The notes under the pieces are model-generated. The model worked only from the letters and a program-made list of their open reading frames with translations, did no database searches and was not told where the DNA came from. Source: a virus. Taken from it: DNA of 64,000 nt. Of the stretch, positions 28,701-38,071 are shown in pieces (positions within the stretch are counted from its first letter, which is position 1; every line of letters starts with the position of its first letter). Where the stretch lies: positions 52,674 to 116,673 of the IMG/VR virus record IMGVR_UViG_3300028654_000012; one strand, 5' to 3'. A program made the translations under genes and the position numbers.

Positions 28701-30187
28701 CTGCGGTGATGAAACCTAACTTAGATACAGCTCAGGACTTCTTAGATTCATTTAAGATCCCTCCTACGGTAGTATCTGATGTAATGATCCAGGAGTTTTT
28801 ACAGGACAGTAACCTACACGCTTCTAAAACTGACCTAAACGAAATCTATAGAATCCTTCAGTCTAGCGGAGTAGAAGTTCGTATCAGTATGCCTAAGGAA
28901 GAGGTCACGGCTCCTACAGCTGAGCCTGCCCCTGAAGCTGAGCCTAAAGCTACTCCAGCTCCTAAGAAGAAAAGCTCTATCGATGAGGTACTTCTAGATA
29001 TAAGAGTAGCCTTAGATACTTTTCACGCAAGTAAAGAGTATAAGGCTATGATTGAAGGGACTCTTTCTCAAGTAATGGCTGATGCTAAGGAAGATCCCAC
29101 GGATACCGAGGAAGCTGCTAACGGACTTAAAGTAGGTTCTAAGGTACAATATACTGTCAAGAGCGAAGATGAACTTCCTGGCATTAAACCAGGTACTGCT
29201 ATTACGGGCAAGGTAATCTTAATGCCTATCCAGCATCCTGAGAAGGACATGAGCTCAGGCCAGCCTAAAGAACAGGGAGGAGCTCCTATTGTTACCGCTA
29301 CTGTAATGTGGGACAAAGAAGAGCTAGGAACCTCTAGAGGGTTGCTGCCTGAAGAACTCGTTAAGGTTGCAGGTACTAAATATAAAACTGACGTTATGAA
29401 CCCTGATGGAACTATGACTACTCTTGAAAAAGATATGGTCAACGATATGGGTCCTGAAGTTACTGAAGATAATCCTGATGGCTCAGCTACTACTTATAAG
29501 AAAGCCGAGTCAGACTTTACATGGGAAGATACGGGGCTAACTGAAGAGGAACATGAGAAAGCATCTGCCGATTCAATGGCAGAAGCTTTGCGTGATTATC
29601 GTCCACGTAAACCCAATGTGGATCTCGCCGAAAATCAAAACCATTGCGACAAGTGTAGTAACGGAGAGTATCTCGACCAACATATGGTTTGTAGATGCCC
29701 TGAACATTATGGAGTTAAAGCTAATCTTGCTGTAGAGGCAAAGGGTGAGAACGCCAAGATTCGTGAACTCAAGAAGCGTCTTGAAAAAGAAAACAAGCCT
29801 TCAGAGATTAGTGCCCTCATCAATGCTATTGACGCTCTAAGTGGGTATGTTTCTAAAGGTAAGGAAGCCCGTGAGAAACGTCGTAAGGATAAAGCCGATA
29901 AAGCTACAGCAGCAACTGCTGAAACGGCAAAGGCTGATAAAGCCGAAGTACTCGCGGAAGTAGATGATGAAAGTGCTGAAGGTATGGAAAATGGTAGAGG
30001 TACGATGGAGACTGTACCAGAGCCTATGGGAGATAAAGTTGCTCCTCTTGGGCCAAAGCCTAGCGACGAAGTTAAAGCTTCTGAAGAAAAGGAGTGCTGC
30101 ATTCCTAGAGAACCGGGATTTCATAATGATGAATGTCCGGAGCACGTAGAATGGTTAAGACAGCAGAAAGCTAATCCCACTAAGTAA
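25787..30187 (+). CDS. 1466-aa multidomain acidic protein, probable virion/internal polyprotein
   Basis: About four SH3/KOW-like barrels, a head-protein-type module (WYVKSHKGKSLGGPY..AEKRLQQVEMFK), recurring K-x-A at boundaries. Confidence 0.65.
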   Translation: MSNWITDLFSGKKEEPKEVFADRNSIIPKYLRKAALTEMETAEEDVSNDWHSRVHNVSDFVLAEQITELELTGKGAPEKYNAHWQTVMDDIRKNRTKAEERLLKLVPRHSLLDIKEFFNRIKKQNDKFEVAKDRALNKRADLTFTSADKLVAKGTSHTASVLASDVDYNIYAVKTDFAVNYYGGGDAHETFEKVGDGLEKEAAKTSEPLSRNVLEEKDASGSWQEVISSPLVKDVQIRAEYVAAKNPKAELRIQALEEPMFQEGETVADASGKENAEILQVDKENGMYVMKIPGFSTPVRKTFEKAHAGFHKGKKPYLPGNPAPEPKEMGKPDSLPKSNTEYITEDERAKLVKNEKETAETEKELAGAQEFSRHWQDLTRKLEDLKMRHTEMTKNRIVQPGMPDSRPPTPEESASYDRSKALEKAQPDPEASKTQYAPQPSKKLEPEGWWGWPNTERNLKAPKKHKKTNQGFELSLVANSLTLELPNGSFLTSVHANEQEAEAEFDKAGDLDSLASLFPLAALETFEKKAEDVGTGGPNMDGSNVMVDPQRGGVNQMGEGVQENPEPFKKKSDDEAVEEQLVMDLNELIKEAGGDEAVIQKAMAAGAKTREEIARHAVMELIGDTHEVDFDAQLTATGPNSSAQGEPDFQHYNQKFSAAEVVPFMEKALDEFLPEKSAEAKSEKAPVVVPSADLSAPRQAEQAFDPNAGLPGVLPHASLEDDTFVVGENVVLNSKVGSLGEGTEVRITGVVGASLAFEAIHDPRIIGITKFAKVDKQKPLEKYLWDNDGVKVAFELGDHVKVSASTFLNGKALKGMEGTIREKVLVSNPDASVDMFYLVEFDGAGNTTLPGECLKRGSTKKASFLGHKEATLEVVSVIVKRPNGWYVKSHKGKSLGGPYHSRERAEKRLQQVEMFKHMKGASVDGKPWLTTPGEPEREVSVEDAATLARFRRDKEIADLKKQKEALEGATKTAVMKPNLDTAQDFLDSFKIPPTVVSDVMIQEFLQDSNLHASKTDLNEIYRILQSSGVEVRISMPKEEVTAPTAEPAPEAEPKATPAPKKKSSIDEVLLDIRVALDTFHASKEYKAMIEGTLSQVMADAKEDPTDTEEAANGLKVGSKVQYTVKSEDELPGIKPGTAITGKVILMPIQHPEKDMSSGQPKEQGGAPIVTATVMWDKEELGTSRGLLPEELVKVAGTKYKTDVMNPDGTMTTLEKDMVNDMGPEVTEDNPDGSATTYKKAESDFTWEDTGLTEEEHEKASADSMAEALRDYRPRKPNVDLAENQNHCDKCSNGEYLDQHMVCRCPEHYGVKANLAVEAKGENAKIRELKKRLEKENKPSEISALINAIDALSGYVSKGKEAREKRRKDKADKATAATAETAKADKAEVLAEVDDESAEGMENGRGTMETVPEPMGDKVAPLGPKPSDEVKASEEKECCIPREPGFHNDECPEHVEWLRQQKANPTK

Positions 30188-30205
30188 TCAACGGAGAAAC
30201 TTCTA

Positions 30206-33200
30206 ATGCCTCTAATACCTAAGGTAGTAACTAATTTACTTAACGAAGACATTTACATTGATGATATCGTTGGCTTTGGCAGCCAGCCCATCCTCATCCC
30301 TGCCCTGGCTACTAATGTAGACCTGACGCAATACGCGTTAGAAGCTACTCTAGCTACATCTGCTAACCTAATTCATTTATATAGATCAGGAGTGATAGAT
30401 GTAGTATCTACTTTTGACACAGATCAATTAAATGCTACGGGAGTTCTAGTTACTGGTACTCCTACTGTCGGCCAAGTCTTAACCGCGACTGATGCCACAG
30501 ATGCTACCTGGCAAGCTGGAGGTGGAGGCGGAGCCCCTTCAGGACCTGCTGGCGGAGATTTATCAGGAACCTATCCTAATCCTACTGTAGTAAGTGCCGC
30601 CGGGGATCTTACTGTTAATGGTAGATTACTATTAACCGCAAGTAGTTCTCAACAGATTTCAGACCAGTCTTCGGGGATGTTTAACTACGATAGTACTACA
30701 GGTACTTTAACTGTAGTTAATACCCATGTAGGAAATTTAGAAATAGGAGACGGCTTCGGTCACGCAGTTACTTATTTCGACGGCGCAAGCTTAATAAATC
30801 TGACTTTTGATGCTCCTTCCGCGGGACAAGTATTTACTGCTACAGACGGTACACATGCTTCTTGGCAAACTCCTTCAGGAGGAACTCCTGGCGGAGCTAC
30901 CGGAGCGGTTCAGTTTAATAACGGAGGAGCGTTCGACGGTGATGCAGCCAACTTCTCTTGGGATACGTCGGGCGTTCCGAACACCTTGAATGTTAGCCAG
31001 ATTAGCGGTCCCGGAAATACTCCGTTGATTGTAAAGAATGGGCTACACATTTTTACTGGGCAAGGATCTATTGGTGTTGTTACTGGCGGAGCAAGTAGTT
31101 TCGATGCAGGCTCTTTCACTACAGATGGTTCAGGTAATGTAATTGTTAATACTTTAACCTCGAACGGCAGTATGGGTAGTGTAGGGCCTTTAAATACAAA
31201 CTCGGATTTTCTTGTGAGCGGCCATTCAACTTTGGACAACGGAGCTATCACTACGGATGGCGCAGGCAATATATTAGTTACCTCAATAGGAGTAGGTAGA
31301 ACCTTAGGTGCCTCATTTGGACCTTATTCTTTAGAAGCTAAGAGTCAGATAGCTATAGTAGACGCTGATGGATCTAACGGCGGTGGAGTCGTTCAAGCGC
31401 AAGGATTTAACGGTACAGGAGGTATAATTAATGGATCTTCAGCCCAAGGTCCTGAATCTGCTCCTACAGCTTCTTTAACAGACGATCTTCTTGCTTCATT
31501 TGGTGCGCGAGGATACGACGGTACATCTCCTACAAATGCTAAAGCTTTTGTGAGAATGTTTGCAGAAGAAGATTGGGGTCCTACAAATACAGGAGCTAGA
31601 TTAGAACTATGGGTAACTCCCAATGGTACAGTAACTCGGCAGCGAGCCGTAAGAGTTAACAACGATACTAGTTTAGATGTTCTAAGCGGCAATCTTAATC
31701 TATTAGGTCCCGTCAATAATGATGTACATCTTAATCTTGGAGTTAGCGGTAACGCTCAGTCGGTAGTTTACTTTAACGGCGGATCAGTAAACTATACTAT
31801 CTCCAAATCTGATTCAGGCCCTACTCCTCTTTGGAAGTTCGGTATCAACAATACTGGTACCCCCGCTATTACAGTTAACTCTTCTATACAGGTAGGTATC
31901 GATAATCCTACACCTGTGTATCCTCTAGATGTAGTAGGAGATGTTAATATAACAGGCTCCTATCTCGTTAATGGAACTCCTCTCTCTGCGGGATCTCCAG
32001 GCGGTTCAAATACTCAACTCCAATATAATAATGCGGGTACCTTTGATGGAATGCCTTCTACATGGGATGGAACCAACCTATTACTAACAGGTAATACAGA
32101 GGGCGTAGTAACGATCTCTGGCGGACCAATCCCTAACAATGTTTCGAACGCGCCTACAACAGGTGCAGTAAACATTAATGGCGCTGACACCTTAGGAGCT
32201 ACCTGGGGAGGAACAGTTACTATCCGGGGAGGTAACGATACATTTGGACAAGCAGGCCACTTAATTCTATCAGGAGGCAATGCAACTCCCGGAGGATTTG
32301 GGGGATCTGTAACAATAAGTGGGGGAATAGGAGATACGCCTCAGTATAATGGTGTGGTAACTATTCAGTCAGGGGGAACTTCCATCGCTACATTCGGGGC
32401 ACCTGGAGAAGTACTAGGACCTCCTAACATTTCTTTTACTGCTCCCGTTACGATTGCAGATGGTACGCAAGCAGCAGGAAAGGTTCTAACCTCTGATGCT
32501 TCTGGTAATGCCTCTTGGCAGACAGCTGGAGGCCCTCCTTCAGGAGCGGCAGGAGGAGCTTTAAGTGGTACATATCCAAATCCTACACTAGTACCTGGGT
32601 TCATATTACATTTCATAGCCCAAAATTTTGGCCTAGGAGATGGAACAGGTGGTATCACGTCAGACGGCACCTACTTCTATGTAGGCCTAGAACCTGACCA
32701 ACTTTATAGGGCGCATGTTTCTAATGGTAGTGGAGGGCAAGGTGTAGTAATAGGCGGAAGTAATATAACCGGAGTATTTTATGACTCAGGTAGTTCTAGT
32801 GTCTGGGTAGCTAATGGTAATGGTAATTATGTAACCAAAGTTACTACTTCCCCCTTCGCTGTAGTAGCTAATTATCCCGTGGGCGCTAACCCTCAAGGCA
32901 TCACCTCCGACGGGACTAATATCTGGATTGCTAACAAAGATGATAATACTGTAACTAAGCTCTTAGCAGCTGACGGATCTTTAGTAGGTACTTACCCTGT
33001 AGGATCCGCTCCTATAGGTATCACCTTCGACGGAACTAATATCTGGACTGCTAATAGTGGCGGAGGGAATGTTACAAAACTTCTTGCCTTGGACGGATCC
33101 AGTATAGGGAGCTATCCTGTTACTTTCCCCGGAGGCTCAATACCTACAGGCGTTGCTACGGACGGAACTAATCTTTGGGTTACCAATAGTGGGCAAGGCA

Positions 33201-34942
33201 CACTCTCAGGGTTACTCACTTCAGACGGATCCAACCCCTATTTAATTACGGTAGGTAATACTCCTACAGGCATCACCTTTGACGGTACCAATATGTGGGT
33301 TATTAACTACGGAGATAATACCGTTACTCAATTCTTATCTTCAAACGGAACTATAATTGGTACATATGCCGTAGGTACAGCTTCTACGGGTATTATGTTT
33401 GATGGAGCTAATACTTGGACGGCTAACGCCGGAAGTGCTAACTTATCTAAATTAGTAGCTTACGAACAGTTTGTAGGACCTGTCGTTGGAGGTACAGTAG
33501 CTGGTGGCGATCTATCTGGTACTTACCCTAATCCAACAGTTAATACCCTTACTGCTGTTACAGGACCTACCTCATTAGATTCCGGAGCTATCCATTCTGA
33601 CGGGTCTGGAAATCTTGGAGTGACCTCTCTTACAGCTGCAGGAGGCAATGTTAATGCCGCTAATTATTATGTAGATAATGTACTCTCATTCAGTTCTGCC
33701 GGCCTTATCACTTCAGCGCTTCAAGTAACTACAAGTCCAACCTCAGGCTATGTCCTAACCTCTGATGCCTCGGGTAATGCTTCTTGGCAGGCATCTGCAG
33801 GATCTCCTCCCGGAGTAGGCTCTGACTACATCTTAAGAGATAGTTCTAATCAGCTTTCTATTGATTGGGGTAATCACATACTGTTCTACCCTTCTGGCAG
33901 CCCTATTCAGTCTATCAACTGGGGCTTTAGTCAGCTGTTAGATACAAGCGGTAACCAATCCGCTCAGTGGGACTTTAGAATACTTTACGATTCTACAAGT
34001 CACATGTCTGTGAATTGGCAGAGCCGGTGGCTAGCAGGCACTACCGGACAGACTGTACTAGATTGGCAGTTCGCTACTCTAAATGATCTCAGTTCCACTA
34101 ATTCTCTCAAATGGGATATTCGACAACTATGGAATAATACAGGACAACCTGTCTTAGACTGGTCGACTAGTACGGGAAGCCATGTTGACTTCTACGTACC
34201 TATAAAAATTACTGATGGAACTGAAGGGGCCGGATATGTCTTAACTTCCGATGCTAATGGACTAGGTTCATGGGCAGCTCCTGTGGCAGCAGGTGCAGAT
34301 ACTCAGGTTCAGTTTAATAGTTCAGGAAGTCTTGCAGCGTCCAGTAATTTGACGTTTGACGGGTACAGCTTATCCATATCTAGAGCTGGTTCCGCAGCTA
34401 ATACCTTGTACTTGAGTGATACTGGAGCAGGTCAACCTGGAATTCAATTTATTAGTGCAGGGAATCCAAATCCTTGGGCCATATACACTTATGATAATGA
34501 TAGATTAGCAATAGGAGTTTCAGGCGGTATCGAGAATTTTGTTCTAGCTCGTAATGGTAATATGGGCGTAGGCCCGGGAATTTCTAATCCCGCTTATACC
34601 TTAGATGTTGCAGGTGATACGCATACTTCAGGTCAATTAATTGTAGGCGGAACTTCTAGCTTAGATGGAGGGTCTATCACTACTGATGGTAGTGGAGACA
34701 TAACTGTACAGGCTATCAATATCCAAGGAGTAGCAGTATTCAATCCTAATGCATTGCCTCCAGCTCCTATGCAGGGCAGAGTCTATTTCGATGCCCCTTC
34801 TAGTCAGCTAGAAGTTAGTTTGGATGGCAGCTCATACGTCCAAGTAGTTACTACCAGTACACCGGGAGCGTCAGGTACCTTTACAACGGCGGATTCAAAG
34901 ACAGTTACTGTTACGAACGGAATTATCACTTCAATAGTATAA
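30206..34942 (+). CDS. 1578-aa fiber/adhesin with YVTN-type beta-propeller
   Basis: Gly/Ser/Thr-rich; GG(D/A)LSGTYPNPT x3, VLTSDASGNASWQ-like repeats, GITxDGTNIW propeller repeats, W-x2-xL-xD repeats. Confidence 0.8.
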   Translation: MPLIPKVVTNLLNEDIYIDDIVGFGSQPILIPALATNVDLTQYALEATLATSANLIHLYRSGVIDVVSTFDTDQLNATGVLVTGTPTVGQVLTATDATDATWQAGGGGGAPSGPAGGDLSGTYPNPTVVSAAGDLTVNGRLLLTASSSQQISDQSSGMFNYDSTTGTLTVVNTHVGNLEIGDGFGHAVTYFDGASLINLTFDAPSAGQVFTATDGTHASWQTPSGGTPGGATGAVQFNNGGAFDGDAANFSWDTSGVPNTLNVSQISGPGNTPLIVKNGLHIFTGQGSIGVVTGGASSFDAGSFTTDGSGNVIVNTLTSNGSMGSVGPLNTNSDFLVSGHSTLDNGAITTDGAGNILVTSIGVGRTLGASFGPYSLEAKSQIAIVDADGSNGGGVVQAQGFNGTGGIINGSSAQGPESAPTASLTDDLLASFGARGYDGTSPTNAKAFVRMFAEEDWGPTNTGARLELWVTPNGTVTRQRAVRVNNDTSLDVLSGNLNLLGPVNNDVHLNLGVSGNAQSVVYFNGGSVNYTISKSDSGPTPLWKFGINNTGTPAITVNSSIQVGIDNPTPVYPLDVVGDVNITGSYLVNGTPLSAGSPGGSNTQLQYNNAGTFDGMPSTWDGTNLLLTGNTEGVVTISGGPIPNNVSNAPTTGAVNINGADTLGATWGGTVTIRGGNDTFGQAGHLILSGGNATPGGFGGSVTISGGIGDTPQYNGVVTIQSGGTSIATFGAPGEVLGPPNISFTAPVTIADGTQAAGKVLTSDASGNASWQTAGGPPSGAAGGALSGTYPNPTLVPGFILHFIAQNFGLGDGTGGITSDGTYFYVGLEPDQLYRAHVSNGSGGQGVVIGGSNITGVFYDSGSSSVWVANGNGNYVTKVTTSPFAVVANYPVGANPQGITSDGTNIWIANKDDNTVTKLLAADGSLVGTYPVGSAPIGITFDGTNIWTANSGGGNVTKLLALDGSSIGSYPVTFPGGSIPTGVATDGTNLWVTNSGQGTLSGLLTSDGSNPYLITVGNTPTGITFDGTNMWVINYGDNTVTQFLSSNGTIIGTYAVGTASTGIMFDGANTWTANAGSANLSKLVAYEQFVGPVVGGTVAGGDLSGTYPNPTVNTLTAVTGPTSLDSGAIHSDGSGNLGVTSLTAAGGNVNAANYYVDNVLSFSSAGLITSALQVTTSPTSGYVLTSDASGNASWQASAGSPPGVGSDYILRDSSNQLSIDWGNHILFYPSGSPIQSINWGFSQLLDTSGNQSAQWDFRILYDSTSHMSVNWQSRWLAGTTGQTVLDWQFATLNDLSSTNSLKWDIRQLWNNTGQPVLDWSTSTGSHVDFYVPIKITDGTEGAGYVLTSDANGLGSWAAPVAAGADTQVQFNSSGSLAASSNLTFDGYSLSISRAGSAANTLYLSDTGAGQPGIQFISAGNPNPWAIYTYDNDRLAIGVSGGIENFVLARNGNMGVGPGISNPAYTLDVAGDTHTSGQLIVGGTSSLDGGSITTDGSGDITVQAINIQGVAVFNPNALPPAPMQGRVYFDAPSSQLEVSLDGSSYVQVVTTSTPGASGTFTTADSKTVTVTNGIITSIV

Positions 34943-35805
34943 TGAATAAAACTTCTCAACAAGTTTCAGTTCTTAATAGAACATACGAAGCTATCCCTAG
35001 ATACAACGAAGACTTGTCATCTCTATTAGGTTATCAAATAAGAGATGATGTCGGAGTAGATGTATTCTTTTTAGAGACGAATAAGTGGCTTACCCAACAT
35101 AATCTAGAGAATGCTATCTACGAAAGGATACTTAAATCTCATGCATCAGTTAATCCTAATACTGTTCCAGGGGGAATGATCAATCTGTTTAAAGATATCA
35201 CAGAAAGATTGGAGACCTACACATCAACTGTTCCCTTTGAAGAGTATTCTAGAATGTGTAGCTTCGTAGCCCAAGGATTTGGACTAAGTGTAGAAGAAGC
35301 GCAGACAGCTGTGTCAAACGTTATGGCAGAGTTAGGGCTAGCAGCGGGGCCTACTTCTCAAGAAGAGGAGTGGCTTGGTCAGAAGAGGACCGCTCCTTTC
35401 GGCATGCAAGATCCTGGCTTCTTAGCTCAACCTCTCTCTTATAAGGAGGTTAAACAACTCAAAACAGCTCGTACATTCGCTGAAGGTGATAAAGTTGAAT
35501 TGAGATATGAAGACACTCGTGATTTAGCTACGCAAGGCCATGTATTAAAGATGAATAAGGATTCTACTTACGATGTCATGGCTAGTAACGGGGAAGTCTA
35601 TCAGAATATAGATCCCAGTAAGCTTCATGAGCCTTCTGATGAAGGGGGACGGATTGGTGGAGAGAATTACGGTTACTTCGATAGTCCCCGTAATATGGCA
35701 GTGCAACCGTTCCCTATTGTAGACAATCCGAGTGAGTATGCTGACGCTAGAGGACAAGAAGGTAAAACAGTATCAGATGCCCCTAACCCTTCTCTGAACG
35801 AATAA
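34942..35805 (+). CDS. Hypothetical virion-type protein with SH3/KOW-like domain
   Basis: LKTARTFAEGDKVELRY..GHVLKMNKDSTYDV. Confidence 0.6.
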   Translation: MNKTSQQVSVLNRTYEAIPRYNEDLSSLLGYQIRDDVGVDVFFLETNKWLTQHNLENAIYERILKSHASVNPNTVPGGMINLFKDITERLETYTSTVPFEEYSRMCSFVAQGFGLSVEEAQTAVSNVMAELGLAAGPTSQEEEWLGQKRTAPFGMQDPGFLAQPLSYKEVKQLKTARTFAEGDKVELRYEDTRDLATQGHVLKMNKDSTYDVMASNGEVYQNIDPSKLHEPSDEGGRIGGENYGYFDSPRNMAVQPFPIVDNPSEYADARGQEGKTVSDAPNPSLNE

Positions 35806-35919
35806 TACGTCTCGTTATAAAGATTTGTCGGAAATGTATAATTAGTTAGAATCAAGAGCAACTTAGCGAAGAACCGATTAGTAGAGTGAGGACGCTAAAG
35901 ACTCTCAAAAGAGGAAGTA

Positions 35920-36774
35920 ATGAGCACACCTAAAAGTTCTAACACGCCGAGTAAAGAGTTAAAAGTAGCTCGTAGACATATGGCTTTATTCGACGTGCAT
36001 GTACCTCACAACATTAAGCTAGATGGTGTGATAAAGTTTATAGAAGCTTACAAACCCACGGATTTTATTATCGGAGGGGACTTTCTTAATTTAGAATGGG
36101 CTTCGCATTGGAATGAAAAAGAGTTCAAATCAATTGGGCTCGAGAAGCTTTCGGGTATGTTGAAGCAGGAATTGAATGCCGGTAAAGAAGTATTAAGACA
36201 ACTAGTCTCGGCTCTACCTGAGGATTGTGATAAATATTACATCCCCGGTAACCATGAGGATTGGCTTTACTGGGCGTGTTTAACATATCCACAACTCGCG
36301 GGTGGAATTAGTTTAGGCGTAGAGCAGATGACCTTTAAGTCGGACTTAGCAGATATTCGTAAGCATGTGCTAGCCGACCTATTAAGACAGCATCTACAGA
36401 CGGACGAACTTGGAATGAAAGTTCTTCCCTTTGGTAAAGAGCTTACGTTAGGTAAGCTGACCTATATTCATGGTCACCAAGTAGGAACACTTTCCGCAAT
36501 GCAGAAAAAGTTTCCTGCCCGCAATATGGTATGCGGTCATCACCACACACATCAAGTAACAACGACACACAACTCAGGTGATGATAGAAAGGCAAATCAA
36601 TATGTAATGGTACCTTGTATGTGTAAGTTATCTCCAGGGTATCTAACTGATGGTAGTACAAGATGGCTCAATGGATTCTGGGTCGCTGACGTCCTACCTT
36701 CGGGTCTTTTTGACGGTAAAGTTGTAAAAGTATTAGACAGTGCAGTAGTGCATGACGGAAAGGTGTACAAGTAA
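35920..36774 (+). CDS. Calcineurin-like metallophosphoesterase
   Basis: FDVH, GGDFL, GNHE, HGH, GHHH. Confidence 0.85.
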   Translation: MSTPKSSNTPSKELKVARRHMALFDVHVPHNIKLDGVIKFIEAYKPTDFIIGGDFLNLEWASHWNEKEFKSIGLEKLSGMLKQELNAGKEVLRQLVSALPEDCDKYYIPGNHEDWLYWACLTYPQLAGGISLGVEQMTFKSDLADIRKHVLADLLRQHLQTDELGMKVLPFGKELTLGKLTYIHGHQVGTLSAMQKKFPARNMVCGHHHTHQVTTTHNSGDDRKANQYVMVPCMCKLSPGYLTDGSTRWLNGFWVADVLPSGLFDGKVVKVLDSAVVHDGKVYK

Positions 36775-36798
36775 TAACGATTTAGTCAGGAGAAAAGT

Positions 36799-36969
36799 AT
36801 GTCTGAAGAGACCAAGAAGAAGTATCATTGTGCAAATTGCCGCGAGGATAAGAAAGAAGACCTTGGGCAGATTAAGCGCACAGCCGTTGGCGAAGGCAGA
36901 ACTCTAATTTTCTGTGAAGCTTGTCAGTGCTTCCTGAAGCTAGAGGAAAGCAAGCCAGCTGCGAAGTAA
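36799..36969 (+). CDS. Zn-ribbon microprotein (56 aa, not in track)
   Basis: AGGAG RBS; CANC..CEACQC. Confidence 0.65.
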   Translation: MSEETKKKYHCANCREDKKEDLGQIKRTAVGEGRTLIFCEACQCFLKLEESKPAAK

Positions 36970-36999
36970 GTCGAAATTAAATAATCAGTTTTAAATCAT

Positions 37000-37044
37000 C
37001 AAGTCGAGATCTATCGGTAAGCATCGATAGGTCTTTTTGACTTG
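37000..37044 (+). terminator. Rho-independent terminator
   Basis: AGATCTATCG / CGATAGGTCT stem followed by a T-run, flanked by CAAGTC/GACTTG. Confidence 0.7.
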
Positions 37045-37079
37045 CATGAAGACGTTAAATTCACTTACAAGGCGGTAGC

Positions 37080-37289
37080 ATGTTATCTGCCAAGAAGCAG
37101 AAGTGTCCTTATTGCGCGAAGTCATCCTATTTCTATGTATATATGGATGAAGTCGAAGATAAGACCGCCATATTCACACAATGTTACAATCCTAAATGTT
37201 CACAGTATATAGACATTTGGGTTGTACCGCACAGTAAAGTCCAGAGCACCTTAGACTCGCTAATAGGCGAAGTCTGGAAGGAAACTTAA
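37080..37289 (+). CDS. Zn-finger microprotein
   Basis: CPYC..CYNPKC. Confidence 0.6.
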   Translation: MLSAKKQKCPYCAKSSYFYVYMDEVEDKTAIFTQCYNPKCSQYIDIWVVPHSKVQSTLDSLIGEVWKET

Positions 37290-37305
37290 CCCATGCGGGG
37301 ATAAC

Positions 37306-38070
37306 ATGAAGTGGGCTTCTAATAAATTCTTTAGGTTGTTCGTAATAGGCGTATTACTATTCGCCTTATATACAAAGCTGTCCAGCCCTGTCTTCATGGT
37401 TAACAGAGCAGAAGATGCTGTGGTTGTTTTACAGATCGTTAAGAATGAACAAGTAGATCCCGGACCTCTCCTGCCTACTCCTTCACATAAACACAAACAT
37501 AAAAAGCATAAAGTAATCGATGTTCAACTTGCTAAAGAGAAAAGAACATATCTTTGTGCAGGGTATGTTGCAGATGATTACGGACATATAGTAACAGCTG
37601 CTCATTGTGTGGAAGGCGGAAAGGATTTAGTATCAGTAACGGTACTATTACACGGCGAGCGTATAGGTTACCCTGCTACTCTTATCTTAAAGAGAACTCG
37701 ATTAGATATAGCTCTAATTCAAGCAAACCTTCCAGAAGGAACTCCCTACCTACACACTAAGCCAGATTACGAATGGCCCGGGACTCACCTGTGGGCTATT
37801 GGACACCCTCTAGGATTATTCTATAGTGTTAGCGACGGAGTTGTATCTGGTTACGCAGCAGGAATGTACGGATCTACCTTTATGCAGTTAACAGCACCAG
37901 TTAACCCTGGAAATTCTGGCGGACCTATTATTAACGATAAAGGCGAAGTCATCGGAGTATGTTCCTTTATGGCTATAGCTCCGTGGGGAACTCCTGCAGC
38001 CGGCCTAAACTTCGCAGTCCCTTCACCTACTATCGATACTGTAATGTCAGGATATCTAAACCACAACTAA
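37306..38070 (+). CDS. Membrane-anchored trypsin-like (S1C/HtrA-like) serine protease, no PDZ
   Basis: N-terminal hydrophobic anchor; TAAHCV, RLDIAL, GNSGGP catalytic triad. Confidence 0.9.
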   Translation: MKWASNKFFRLFVIGVLLFALYTKLSSPVFMVNRAEDAVVVLQIVKNEQVDPGPLLPTPSHKHKHKKHKVIDVQLAKEKRTYLCAGYVADDYGHIVTAAHCVEGGKDLVSVTVLLHGERIGYPATLILKRTRLDIALIQANLPEGTPYLHTKPDYEWPGTHLWAIGHPLGLFYSVSDGVVSGYAAGMYGSTFMQLTAPVNPGNSGGPIINDKGEVIGVCSFMAIAPWGTPAAGLNFAVPSPTIDTVMSGYLNHN

Positions 38071-38071
38071 C

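Noticed and set aside
32860-33440. Near-identical repeats as DGR template/variable regions
   Set aside because: In-frame propeller repeats with mismatches not restricted to adenines, and no reverse transcriptase in the window
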